Source of the DNA: a virus
Reading direction: 5' to 3' (one strand)
IMG/VR virus record: IMGVR_UViG_3300005253_000070
DNA length: 64,000 nt
Part shown: positions 7,840-15,140 of the stretch, piece after piece
How positions within the stretch are numbered: the stretch's first letter is position 1
How the letters are laid out: the number at the start of each line of letters is the position of its first letter
The notes under the pieces: model-generated
The model's database searches: none
Seen by the model: only the letters and a program-made list of their open reading frames with translations
What the model was told of the DNA's origin: nothing
Program-made: the position numbers and the translations under genes

Positions 7840-9307
7840 GACTAGAGAACTGACTGCTACGGAAACCAAACTGATTGAGCTGCTGACAACAAGCACAGGC
7901 TCAGCGATGATGGACTCGGGAGGAATTCCTCAGTATGATGCAGATGGAAAATACACTGGCTCCATCCATGGATATGGGCGTGCACACGAGCGAAACCAAG
8001 GCAGGACGTTTGTCGATAAGCCCGAGACATCCCTGCATTTCTCTTCTTGGTATACGAACAGGGAGGGAAAGGATGGATGGAAGACTGAGCACAGTGGGGA
8101 CATGGAGTTCTCTGTCAGTGTCTTCCACTATCTGAACCGATACCTCGACTACGACAAATCCCTCGATGGGTTCTATGGCTGGTACCTCGATGAGATCAAG
8201 AAGGATAAAGACGATCCACACACCACCGACGTAGAAGACTTTATCCAGTGGATGCGAGACAGTGACTTCGAGATTGGTGGGCTATATGGGGATAACGAGG
8301 CTGCCTGGTCTGGCAATACGTACAACGGGGAGTGCAATCTGACACAGACCCTCCAGTATTGGCTCCTCTCTGTCAACGAGGTGCCAGAGGAGTACGAGGA
8401 GCGGCTTCCTTGCCCCAGCTTCTACATGCTCATTTTGCAGATCCATCAAGGGGCTGACGTTCGAGGTGGATACACAGCCCCCACAGTGTTCACAGCCAAC
8501 CAGTACGACATAGATAGCTTCTTCGGATTCTCCGATGGAGAGATCTACTGCAACGGATGTGAAGCTCACTGGAGCACAGATGACGGGTACTACTGGTACG
8601 AGGACGGCTCTTCAGGTGGATACAAAGTCTTGGATCTGCCTGCACACACGAAAGCATTGGCTGCTCTCAAAGATGTTCGGCAGAAACAGATCAAGATTCA
8701 TGCGGAACTTTGGCCAAGACTACAGTCTCAGGGGATGGCTGCATGGATGAGAAGCAACCGCTCGTATGCGCTGGAGTATCGTTCCCTCTTCGACGAGCTA
8801 GAAGCAGTCAGACGAGGTGATCCAGAACTAGGAGAAGTCATCCTAAAACTGTCCAATATAGCTCCCATCTTCCTACAGGTGGACACTGCGAGTAACATCC
8901 TTAAACGACTCATCGAGAGTGCAGCACAGGCTCTGGCTACTCCTATCTGTAGGAAGCTTGTGTCGAGTGAGCGAGAAGAAGCCCAGAACATGATGGATGC
9001 TGTCGCCAAGCGTCCCCATGTGCAGCTGGACAAGTGCACCTTCGTCGAGCTTCATGACATTGAGGAGCACGATGACCTCAAGCAGTCGCTAAATGAGTAT
9101 ATGAATAACCCAATCGTTCCTGAGCCTGTTTCAGATGAGCAGACGACCTATCTCGAGGACGATTCGGACATCCGAGACAGCAGAAACCACCCAAGAAACA
9201 AGCAAGACATCAAGGGCTGGGCTGTTACTCACGGCTACGTACTGATCGATGAGGACCACAACGGCCACTGCCCATTCTGTGGTGACAAACTGAAAGGGGG
9301 ATTCTGA
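7826..9307 (+). CDS. large hypothetical protein (493 aa), C-terminal CPFCG
   Basis: Long ORF with GAGGAAG RBS. Internal CNGCEAHW and terminal HCPFCGDKLKGGF. No family recognised by eye. Confidence 0.65.
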   Translation: MTTRETRELTATETKLIELLTTSTGSAMMDSGGIPQYDADGKYTGSIHGYGRAHERNQGRTFVDKPETSLHFSSWYTNREGKDGWKTEHSGDMEFSVSVFHYLNRYLDYDKSLDGFYGWYLDEIKKDKDDPHTTDVEDFIQWMRDSDFEIGGLYGDNEAAWSGNTYNGECNLTQTLQYWLLSVNEVPEEYEERLPCPSFYMLILQIHQGADVRGGYTAPTVFTANQYDIDSFFGFSDGEIYCNGCEAHWSTDDGYYWYEDGSSGGYKVLDLPAHTKALAALKDVRQKQIKIHAELWPRLQSQGMAAWMRSNRSYALEYRSLFDELEAVRRGDPELGEVILKLSNIAPIFLQVDTASNILKRLIESAAQALATPICRKLVSSEREEAQNMMDAVAKRPHVQLDKCTFVELHDIEEHDDLKQSLNEYMNNPIVPEPVSDEQTTYLEDDSDIRDSRNHPRNKQDIKGWAVTHGYVLIDEDHNGHCPFCGDKLKGGF

Positions 9308-9858
9308 TGCCACGAGGGGGTCAAATGCTACTGCTCCCACTCATAGGGGAGGCCAGGTATGTCAAGTGCGTAGCCATTCCTGTGGGGGTGCGGCACATCG
9401 CTCGACTAAGCCAATACATAGCACATGCGAAGGGCATGGGTCGCTACGATTCGACCCTCCATTCTGTACAGTTCTATGATAGCAACGTGTATTGGCTAGC
9501 ATCTTGGCCAGAGGGGTTCCCACTAGACGAGGAGTGGCGGCTTAATCACACAGTAGAGGGAGAGAAGCCGTGGAATGAAGAAGTCGTTGGCTTCATTGAG
9601 CGGTGTCTGTGGCAACCGAAGATGCTGGAAGACAGCCGCTATCCACACGTAGTCTTCCACACATGGAACGCAGATGAAGTCCGTGTCGTGGTCACAGGAG
9701 GCGGCGTTCACTGGGTAGCGCTGGGTCCTTGTCCGGCCTACGGGCAGTGTCGGGAGCAACAAGTGATGGAAATGGAAGTAGCCACCCACTGCATCGCCGA
9801 GGAGTACCTGCGCTACATTCCACACGCTGCTGGGGAGCTTGATCAATACCCGAGGTGA
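9307..9858 (+). CDS. hypothetical protein
   Basis: 183-aa ORF. Its start overlaps the upstream stop by 1 nt (TGATG). No motif recognised. Confidence 0.5.
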   Translation: MPRGGQMLLLPLIGEARYVKCVAIPVGVRHIARLSQYIAHAKGMGRYDSTLHSVQFYDSNVYWLASWPEGFPLDEEWRLNHTVEGEKPWNEEVVGFIERCLWQPKMLEDSRYPHVVFHTWNADEVRVVVTGGGVHWVALGPCPAYGQCREQQVMEMEVATHCIAEEYLRYIPHAAGELDQYPR

Positions 9859-9861
9859 CAC

Positions 9862-10077
9862 ATGCGCTGGATGATCAGAAGACTGTGCGACGAGGAGGGT
9901 GTGCTTCCTGTGTTTTTCGGCGGAGACCTTCGAGACAGCCTCATGGGAGTGCAGGAGGAAGCCGATTTTTGGTACGACTTCATTTGCAAGCTGATTCCAG
10001 CGGATCATTGGATCCAACCTGGAAGATCCGCAAGGAAGCCCAATGTCACGTACTTGCGAAGGAGAGTGAAAAGATGA
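9862..10077 (+). CDS. hypothetical small protein
   Basis: 71 aa, GAGGTG 4 nt before the ATG. Confidence 0.4.
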   Translation: MRWMIRRLCDEEGVLPVFFGGDLRDSLMGVQEEADFWYDFICKLIPADHWIQPGRSARKPNVTYLRRRVKR

Positions 10078-10421
10078 TAGGCGTTAGATTCTACCTCGAC
10101 TACGTGTCAGCACAGAGAAAAAGGAAGGGCCAACATGCCGGTAATGTGATCGCTGCCCATGTCATCACGAGTGGACGGAGCTGGTCACATGTAGGCACTG
10201 TGAGCAAGGGAGAAACAGGGAAGATCCTCTTTTCTGTGGAGTGCATAGCCGCCGTATATGCCTCTCCGAATTCGCCTGTCTGCTCTTCATCAGTCTCACG
10301 AACTTACCTACAAGAGTCGTGCAAGTTCATCTCGGAGGGCAAGGCTCGCGAGATCCATCCAGCTCTGTTCGAGCGCCTGGACGCGGCAAACGAGGAGAAG
10401 GGTGTACCTCAGCAAGGCTGA
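10074..10421 (+). CDS. hypothetical protein
   Basis: ATG at 10074 overlaps the upstream stop (ATGA) and follows GGAGAG. In frame with track ORF 9855..10421. Confidence 0.45.
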   Translation: MIGVRFYLDYVSAQRKRKGQHAGNVIAAHVITSGRSWSHVGTVSKGETGKILFSVECIAAVYASPNSPVCSSSVSRTYLQESCKFISEGKAREIHPALFERLDAANEEKGVPQQG

Positions 10422-10689
10422 CCGAAGGAAGCTTGCTGAGATCATCGAGGTCTTTGCCGGCGAAATGGTAACCCTCATGGCCTACCGTGTTAAATTGATC
10501 ACACCAACTAGAGAGGAGGTTGCTTCGAGGATGGCCCGTTGTCATAGAAAAACGAACGAGTGGCTATGGGAGATGTCCTGCATTCTGATGATACCCATCA
10601 AGCAGGTAGGAGACAAGGAGACACATGTTGACTCACGAGCAACACCGGAAGAAGCATCAGAGGAAGATGACGAGGCTACTGGTTCTTGA
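10402..10689 (+). CDS. hypothetical protein with acidic tail
   Basis: GTG at 10402 follows GAGGAGAAGG and is in frame with track ORF 10258..10689. The start is uncertain. Confidence 0.4.
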   Translation: MYLSKADRRKLAEIIEVFAGEMVTLMAYRVKLITPTREEVASRMARCHRKTNEWLWEMSCILMIPIKQVGDKETHVDSRATPEEASEEDDEATGS

Positions 10690-10781
10690 GGTTGTTCTCT
10701 TGATGAGTGTCGGGTTTGTACTGAGCTTGTTCCTCCAATCTATTAGCATAGATACGTATGGCCTGATAGAGAGGGCATTCA

Positions 10782-11063
10782 GTGGGTAACACGATTGACC
10801 TCAAGCCAAGTGACCTGGAAGGAGACGAGAGCCTAACTGAAGAGCGAAAGCTCAGATACGTGAATGTGGATGGTGGAAAGAGGTGCCCCTTCTGCGGCAG
10901 TTCAGTAGTAATGTGCTCATATGAGAAGGGACAGTTTGTCGGAGACCAGGGCAGGTTGCATTTAGAGATCCCAAGTGATTGCCTAACATGCAAGAAAGAA
11001 TGGATAGATTTCTTCACACTAACAGACGTTAGAGAAGCGCCAGATCACATAGAAGGAGACTAG
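10782..11063 (+). CDS. small zinc-ribbon protein, paralog family member 4
   Basis: 93 aa with LTEERKLRYV...CPFCG-x28-CLTCKKEW-x3-F. Confidence 0.6.
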   Translation: MGNTIDLKPSDLEGDESLTEERKLRYVNVDGGKRCPFCGSSVVMCSYEKGQFVGDQGRLHLEIPSDCLTCKKEWIDFFTLTDVREAPDHIEGD

Positions 11064-11121
11064 GATGCCGAAGCCGATCTGCTGTGAGTACTCGTTGGAG
11101 ATGCATAAATAAGGAGACGCA

Positions 11122-11607
11122 ATGAAAGAGATTCTGCTCACTCAAGGATATGTTGCTCTCGTCGACGATGAAGACTACGAGTGGTTATCACAGTGGAAAT
11201 GGTATTCACACCGGGGGAGTAGTAGTGGTCCTTGGGCAGAACGAAATTCTCCGCCGGATGACAACGGGAAGAGAAGTCCTGTGCTTATGCACAGACAAAT
11301 AATGGACGCTCCTTCAGATAGAGACGTGGATCATCACGATCATTGTATGCTGAATAATCAAAGGGCAAACCTGCGCGTGTGTACAACGGCGCAAAACATG
11401 GCAAATAGGCGCAAGTCGAGGGGATGCTCCAGTAGATTTAAGGGAGTGTGCTGGGACAAAGAGCACAAAAAATGGAGAGTGCGGATTGGAGTCAATGGCT
11501 GTTCAAGGCATCTTGGATACTGTGACGACGAAATGAAGGCTGCTCTTGTCTACAACAAAGAGGCAATAAAGGAGTGGGGAGAGTTCTCCCTCCCAAATAA
11601 TGTATGA
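11122..11607 (+). CDS. HNH homing endonuclease with C-terminal AP2 DNA-binding domain (copy 1)
   Basis: 161 aa. N-terminal LTQGYVALVDDEDYEW, HNH core VDHHDHCMLNNQRANLRVCTTAQN and AP2-like SSRFKGVCWDKEHKKWRVRI...YNKEAIKEWGEF. Confidence 0.85.
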   Translation: MKEILLTQGYVALVDDEDYEWLSQWKWYSHRGSSSGPWAERNSPPDDNGKRSPVLMHRQIMDAPSDRDVDHHDHCMLNNQRANLRVCTTAQNMANRRKSRGCSSRFKGVCWDKEHKKWRVRIGVNGCSRHLGYCDDEMKAALVYNKEAIKEWGEFSLPNNV

Positions 11608-11629
11608 AGAAGAAGGAGTGTAGACCAAC

Positions 11630-11902
11630 ATGAGGATCATTCGAGACGACGACGACAGCTCCTTTGAAATGCTAGCCGTGCTCATCGACTGGGGCATACG
11701 ACGATGCAACGTGAAGGGATGCACGACTGTCCCCAACACGATCATCGTTAGTGCTCCAGGAGCACAGGCAACCATTGGCCTCTGTGAGGAGCATTTCCAG
11801 AAGGCCAATCAGCCCACTGGCCCCGTCACATACTCGTTTGTGTGGGACACATTCGACGCATTCGCATATCAGGATACTCACAAGGACCCGAAAGAAGAAT
11901 GA
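11630..11902 (+). CDS. hypothetical protein
   Basis: 90-aa ORF, AAGGAG upstream. Confidence 0.5.
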   Translation: MRIIRDDDDSSFEMLAVLIDWGIRRCNVKGCTTVPNTIIVSAPGAQATIGLCEEHFQKANQPTGPVTYSFVWDTFDAFAYQDTHKDPKEE

Positions 11903-12162
11903 GCAGCGCACTAGAGTTCTCGCCAGGATTTCAAACACACCACTTCAAAACTACCAACGTGCCGGGTACCCTTGTTACCGTCGTCCCCATTGCCTCGATG
12001 CCCAAGCCAGACGGAGAGGATCTCGAGGAATGGACACAGGATTTCCTAGCCCTGGTAGCCAAAGACATGGGTGGTACCTATGAGCTAAGTGAATCGTTCA
12101 GAGTCGGTTCATACGGGGGAACAAACGTAGTGATCCACGTGAAGAAGGTATCAGATGAGTAG
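11899..12162 (+). CDS. hypothetical protein
   Basis: ATG at 11899 overlaps the upstream stop (ATGA). In frame with track ORF 11842..12162. Confidence 0.5.
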   Translation: MSSALEFSPGFQTHHFKTTNVPGTLVTVVPIASMPKPDGEDLEEWTQDFLALVAKDMGGTYELSESFRVGSYGGTNVVIHVKKVSDE

Positions 12163-12721
12163 CCCCTGGTCATTGGAGAGGCGACTTGGTTGGGACAGGA
12201 GGAAAGCCCCACATATGGAGAATCCATCTCACCCAACGATGAAGGAACTGAAAGGTTTGCTCAACGAGCAGGCTGACCTCATGCATCACAACGCTAGTCT
12301 GTCGAGCATGCTACCCACCATGAACTACTATGGAGAGGAGATCGACAATCGGTTTGATGGGCGGCTAGCCAACTACGTGGAGCACATCCTACTTGTCGAC
12401 CTGTCATACAGAATGAAGGGAAAGTTTGGCATCGACCTCACTTTCAGGCAATATGGAAGGGGCGGAGCAACTATCGCTCCTACAGAGTGGGTCGTCGAGG
12501 GATATGGAATTATGACCGAGTATTCTGGACTCGACGGAGACACAGCGATCGAAGAGTTGCTGCCGTTCTACTGTGAAGACCAGACCAACCTCAGTAGATA
12601 CCATGCCATGCGCAAGCTGCTGCTCATCCTGGAGTACATCAATGACTACTGGACAGAGCAGGTGAAGCACTGTTCAGAGTGGTGGGACCAAGAAGTCGAA
12701 TGCATGCAGGAAACTGCCTAG
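12155..12721 (+). CDS. hypothetical protein
   Basis: 188-aa ORF overlapping the upstream stop by 8 nt. No motif recognised. Confidence 0.55.
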   Translation: MSSPWSLERRLGWDRRKAPHMENPSHPTMKELKGLLNEQADLMHHNASLSSMLPTMNYYGEEIDNRFDGRLANYVEHILLVDLSYRMKGKFGIDLTFRQYGRGGATIAPTEWVVEGYGIMTEYSGLDGDTAIEELLPFYCEDQTNLSRYHAMRKLLLILEYINDYWTEQVKHCSEWWDQEVECMQETA

Positions 12722-12723
12722 TG

Positions 12724-12752
12724 TTGACACGACAGCCAAAAAGCGATACAAT
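12724..12752 (+). promoter_or_regulatory. sigma70-like promoter TTGACA-N17-TACAAT
   Basis: TTGACA at 12724-12729, a 17-nt spacer and TACAAT at 12747-12752, in the 46-nt gap after the stop at 12721. Only one mismatch to consensus. Confidence 0.5.
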
Positions 12753-12767
12753 GGGGGTACTCATTCA

Positions 12768-13010
12768 GTGTTACTTTTGGACATCGTAGAAAGCCTCACT
12801 AACCGGGTGGCAACCCAGCCAGATGAGCGCACAGGAATAGCGAAGTGTATCTATTGCGGTGCACTCATCCTTGACGTATCTGGTCGGACTGCCCACGAAC
12901 ACAAAGCGTTTTGTGCCTGGCGTTTGGGTAAGGAGCTCGTACAAAAGAAGGCAAGTCGATGTGAAAGAGATCCCATTGACACAGGGCTACGTGGCTCTGG
13001 TAGACGATGA
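12768..13010 (+). CDS. small protein with C-x-Y-C...H-x-H-x3-C-x-W module; 3' end overlapped by HNH gene
   Basis: 80 aa with GTG start. Contains CIYCGALILDVSGRTAHEHKAFCAW, matching the C-terminal modules of 2733..3938 and 5916..6323. The last ~50 nt overlap the HNH ORF and there is almost no leader after the promoter. Confidence 0.4.
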   Translation: MLLLDIVESLTNRVATQPDERTGIAKCIYCGALILDVSGRTAHEHKAFCAWRLGKELVQKKASRCERDPIDTGLRGSGRR

Positions 13011-13443
13011 TGACTATGAGGAGCTATCTAAGTACAAATGGCACGTGGACCTCCAGCGTAGTGGGCCTAAAGCGAAGCGAAATTCTCTCGTAAGTGAGGG
13101 GGAAGGGCAGAAGGCCATCTACATGCACCGCCAGATCATGTATGCTCCAGCAGGAACGTATGTAGATTATAAGGATCACGACACGCTGAACAATCAGAGA
13201 GTGAACCTGCGTCCCTGCACGAGATCGCAGAACGCAGCCAATCAGCGCCCACAGGAGGGCTGCTCGTCCAGGTTCAAGGGAGTGTACTGGCACAAGGCAG
13301 CTAGAAAATGGCACGCCGCTATTCTCGTGGAGGGGAAGCGGAAGTATCTTGGCCTCTTTGTTGATGAAGTGAGAGCGGCCCAGGAGTACAACAAGGCCGC
13401 TCTCCAGCATTTCAAGGAGTTTGCCTTGCTGAATGTCATATGA
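12961..13443 (+). CDS. HNH homing endonuclease with AP2 domain (copy 2)
   Basis: GTG at 12961 was chosen by alignment with copies 1 and 3 (VKEIPLTQGYVALVDDDDYEELSKYKWH). HNH core is KDHDTLNNQRVNLRPCTRSQN and the AP2-like part is SSRFKGVYWHKAARKWHAAI. In frame with track ORF 12859..13443. Confidence 0.85.
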   Translation: MKEIPLTQGYVALVDDDDYEELSKYKWHVDLQRSGPKAKRNSLVSEGEGQKAIYMHRQIMYAPAGTYVDYKDHDTLNNQRVNLRPCTRSQNAANQRPQEGCSSRFKGVYWHKAARKWHAAILVEGKRKYLGLFVDEVRAAQEYNKAALQHFKEFALLNVI

Positions 13444-13523
13444 GAAAAAGGAGCTAAGGGACAGAATGAGTAGATAACAGAGCTCAGTGACGTATCCTTT
13501 TTCGTGACCACAGGAGGGTCCAC

Positions 13524-14234
13524 ATGTTTATCGAGACCGAGTTCCAGGTACATCTGACGACGTTGACAACTATGTTCGGGTCCTGCCCAAACGATCCCGG
13601 CATCTACGCGGAGCACTTGCAAGACGAGATAGACTCCAGTACACCTGAAGCTCGTGCAGAGATTGCTGCTCTGCCATACGACGAGGAAGAGGGTGACAAG
13701 ACAGACCGCACCACTGTGTTCCTACGTGTTGGGGATCTGCCTGGTATCCACAGCCACGTTATGAAAGGTTTCTTCAAGAGTGCTTGCGGAGCCTTGTGGG
13801 TAGTGGGTGGCACATTCTCGTCCAAAGTGCGAGCATACAAGAAACGCATCGACACTCTCATCTTCATCGAACCCCAGATCATCCCTCTCCATCCAGCAGA
13901 CAACGAAATCAAGAACCTGACTACGTACATAGATAAGACAACAGGACAGGTGGTTTGCGTTCGTCCACTGAGAGCAGAAACGGCTAAGGGACCCCGCGTG
14001 GCCTTGGCTAGATCCGAAGTGCTTCCACCAGGGACAGAACTGACATTCAAGATGATCATCGTGGGCAAGGTACCCAAGCTTTGGCGTGAGACAACCAAGA
14101 AGACACCCCTCCACGAGGAACTGCTGCACGAATGGCTGAGCTATGGTAGGAGACATGGATTAGGTTCTTGGAGAAATGCTGGGTGGGGCCAGTTCACGTA
14201 TGAGATGAAGAGGCTCACTCCAGAACCCAGCTAG
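13524..14234 (+). CDS. hypothetical protein with RAMP-like motifs (Cas7/Cas6-superfamily-like, unverified)
   Basis: 236 aa with GGAGGG RBS. Contains LPGIHSHVMKGFFKSA, SEVLPPGTELTFKMII and the C-terminal glycine loop GLGSWRNAGWGQF. Confidence 0.6.
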   Translation: MFIETEFQVHLTTLTTMFGSCPNDPGIYAEHLQDEIDSSTPEARAEIAALPYDEEEGDKTDRTTVFLRVGDLPGIHSHVMKGFFKSACGALWVVGGTFSSKVRAYKKRIDTLIFIEPQIIPLHPADNEIKNLTTYIDKTTGQVVCVRPLRAETAKGPRVALARSEVLPPGTELTFKMIIVGKVPKLWRETTKKTPLHEELLHEWLSYGRRHGLGSWRNAGWGQFTYEMKRLTPEPS

Positions 14235-14299
14235 GGCATTGGTCGACCAGAGGCGCTAGGAAAGGCAAAAGCCTCGATCGTAGCTCGCTGCGGCGGCCA

Positions 14300-14600
14300 T
14301 GTCAAGTTCAGCTGCGGCATAGATAGCGTGGCTTTGGCATTGATAGCCTTGATGTGCTTTGGCGAGGGTAGCAGAGGGATGCATGGCAACGGCAGAAGAG
14401 GTGCTAGGAGCAGCAAAGGCGTATTGAGGTGACGAGTGTGCAGCAAAGGCGTCTCCAGGTGCGGTAGGGAACGCAACAGCGTCTCAAGGCGAGGACGGTG
14501 TTGCATCGGCTCATCAAGGTGGAGCATCGTCGGGGCAAAGGCGGGGCAGGGATGGCACGAAATGCGGAGGATCAAGCAGCCTGCATAGGCACGATAGGGT
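14300..14600. repeat. degenerate tandem repeats (24-33 nt units) in a purine-rich non-coding region
   Basis: GCAGCAAAGGCGT-N4-AGGTG occurs at 14410 and 14440 (30-nt period). It is flanked by weaker units: GCAACAGCGTCTCAAGGCG at 14473, GCATCGGCTCATCAAGGTG at 14503, and units starting GCGGCATAG, GCATTGATAG, GCGAGGGTAG and GCAACGGCAG at 14314-14410. No + strand ORF is present. Confidence 0.6.
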
Positions 14601-14711
14601 ATCGTTCGCGCAGGCTGAGCTGAGCACGATCTTGTGAGGATACGCACTGGTGAAGGAAGGCACAGCAAAGCATATACACGCCTGAATGTCCAGTGAAAAA
14701 AGGAGAATCGC

Positions 14712-15083
14712 ATGGCTATCAAGTGGGGAATTCTAAGAAAAGAGATTGCAGCGGTCAGAGCTGGGATGTACGTGTTGAATCTGGTGTTGGAGGCGTCGAA
14801 GGTAGGAGGAGAGGTCGACGTGCCACTCCTGGGCAGAGAAGCACATAGGATGATGACACATAACCATGAGCATGGCTCACTCTCTTCCACAGAACTGGAA
14901 AAGATCAAGATGATATGCGCCGACGACGGGCGATTCCTTTGTCCATACTGTGGCTGTCCACACACAGGAGGAGATGACCCACAGATACTGGAAGACGGCA
15001 TCCTACAAAACATGCAGTGCACTCGATGTGAGGAGACATGGGACAATCACTACATCTTGATAGAAAGATTCAAAGGATTCTGA
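14712..15083 (+). CDS. zinc-ribbon protein, paralog family member 5 (with N-terminal extension)
   Basis: 123 aa with AAAAAGGAGAA RBS. Motifs LSSTELEKIKM...CPYCG-x21-CTRCEETW-x3-Y. Confidence 0.6.
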   Translation: MAIKWGILRKEIAAVRAGMYVLNLVLEASKVGGEVDVPLLGREAHRMMTHNHEHGSLSSTELEKIKMICADDGRFLCPYCGCPHTGGDDPQILEDGILQNMQCTRCEETWDNHYILIERFKGF

Positions 15084-15111
15084 CTGACGCGGGAGCAAAC
15101 CATTAAGCCGC

Positions 15112-15140
15112 TTGACAGCGCGGTTGAAGTATGATACTAT
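15112..15140 (+). promoter_or_regulatory. sigma70-like promoter TTGACA-N17-TACTAT
   Basis: TTGACA at 15112-15117, a 17-nt spacer and TACTAT at 15135-15140, in the gap after the stop at 15083. Confidence 0.5.

Noticed and set aside
14231-15046. 271-aa ORF on the - strand spanning the repeat tract
   Set aside because: It is a low-complexity P/L/S/H-rich translation generated by the purine-rich repeats. It runs antisense to the whole early arm and overlaps the well-supported + gene 14712..15083. No RBS is present.
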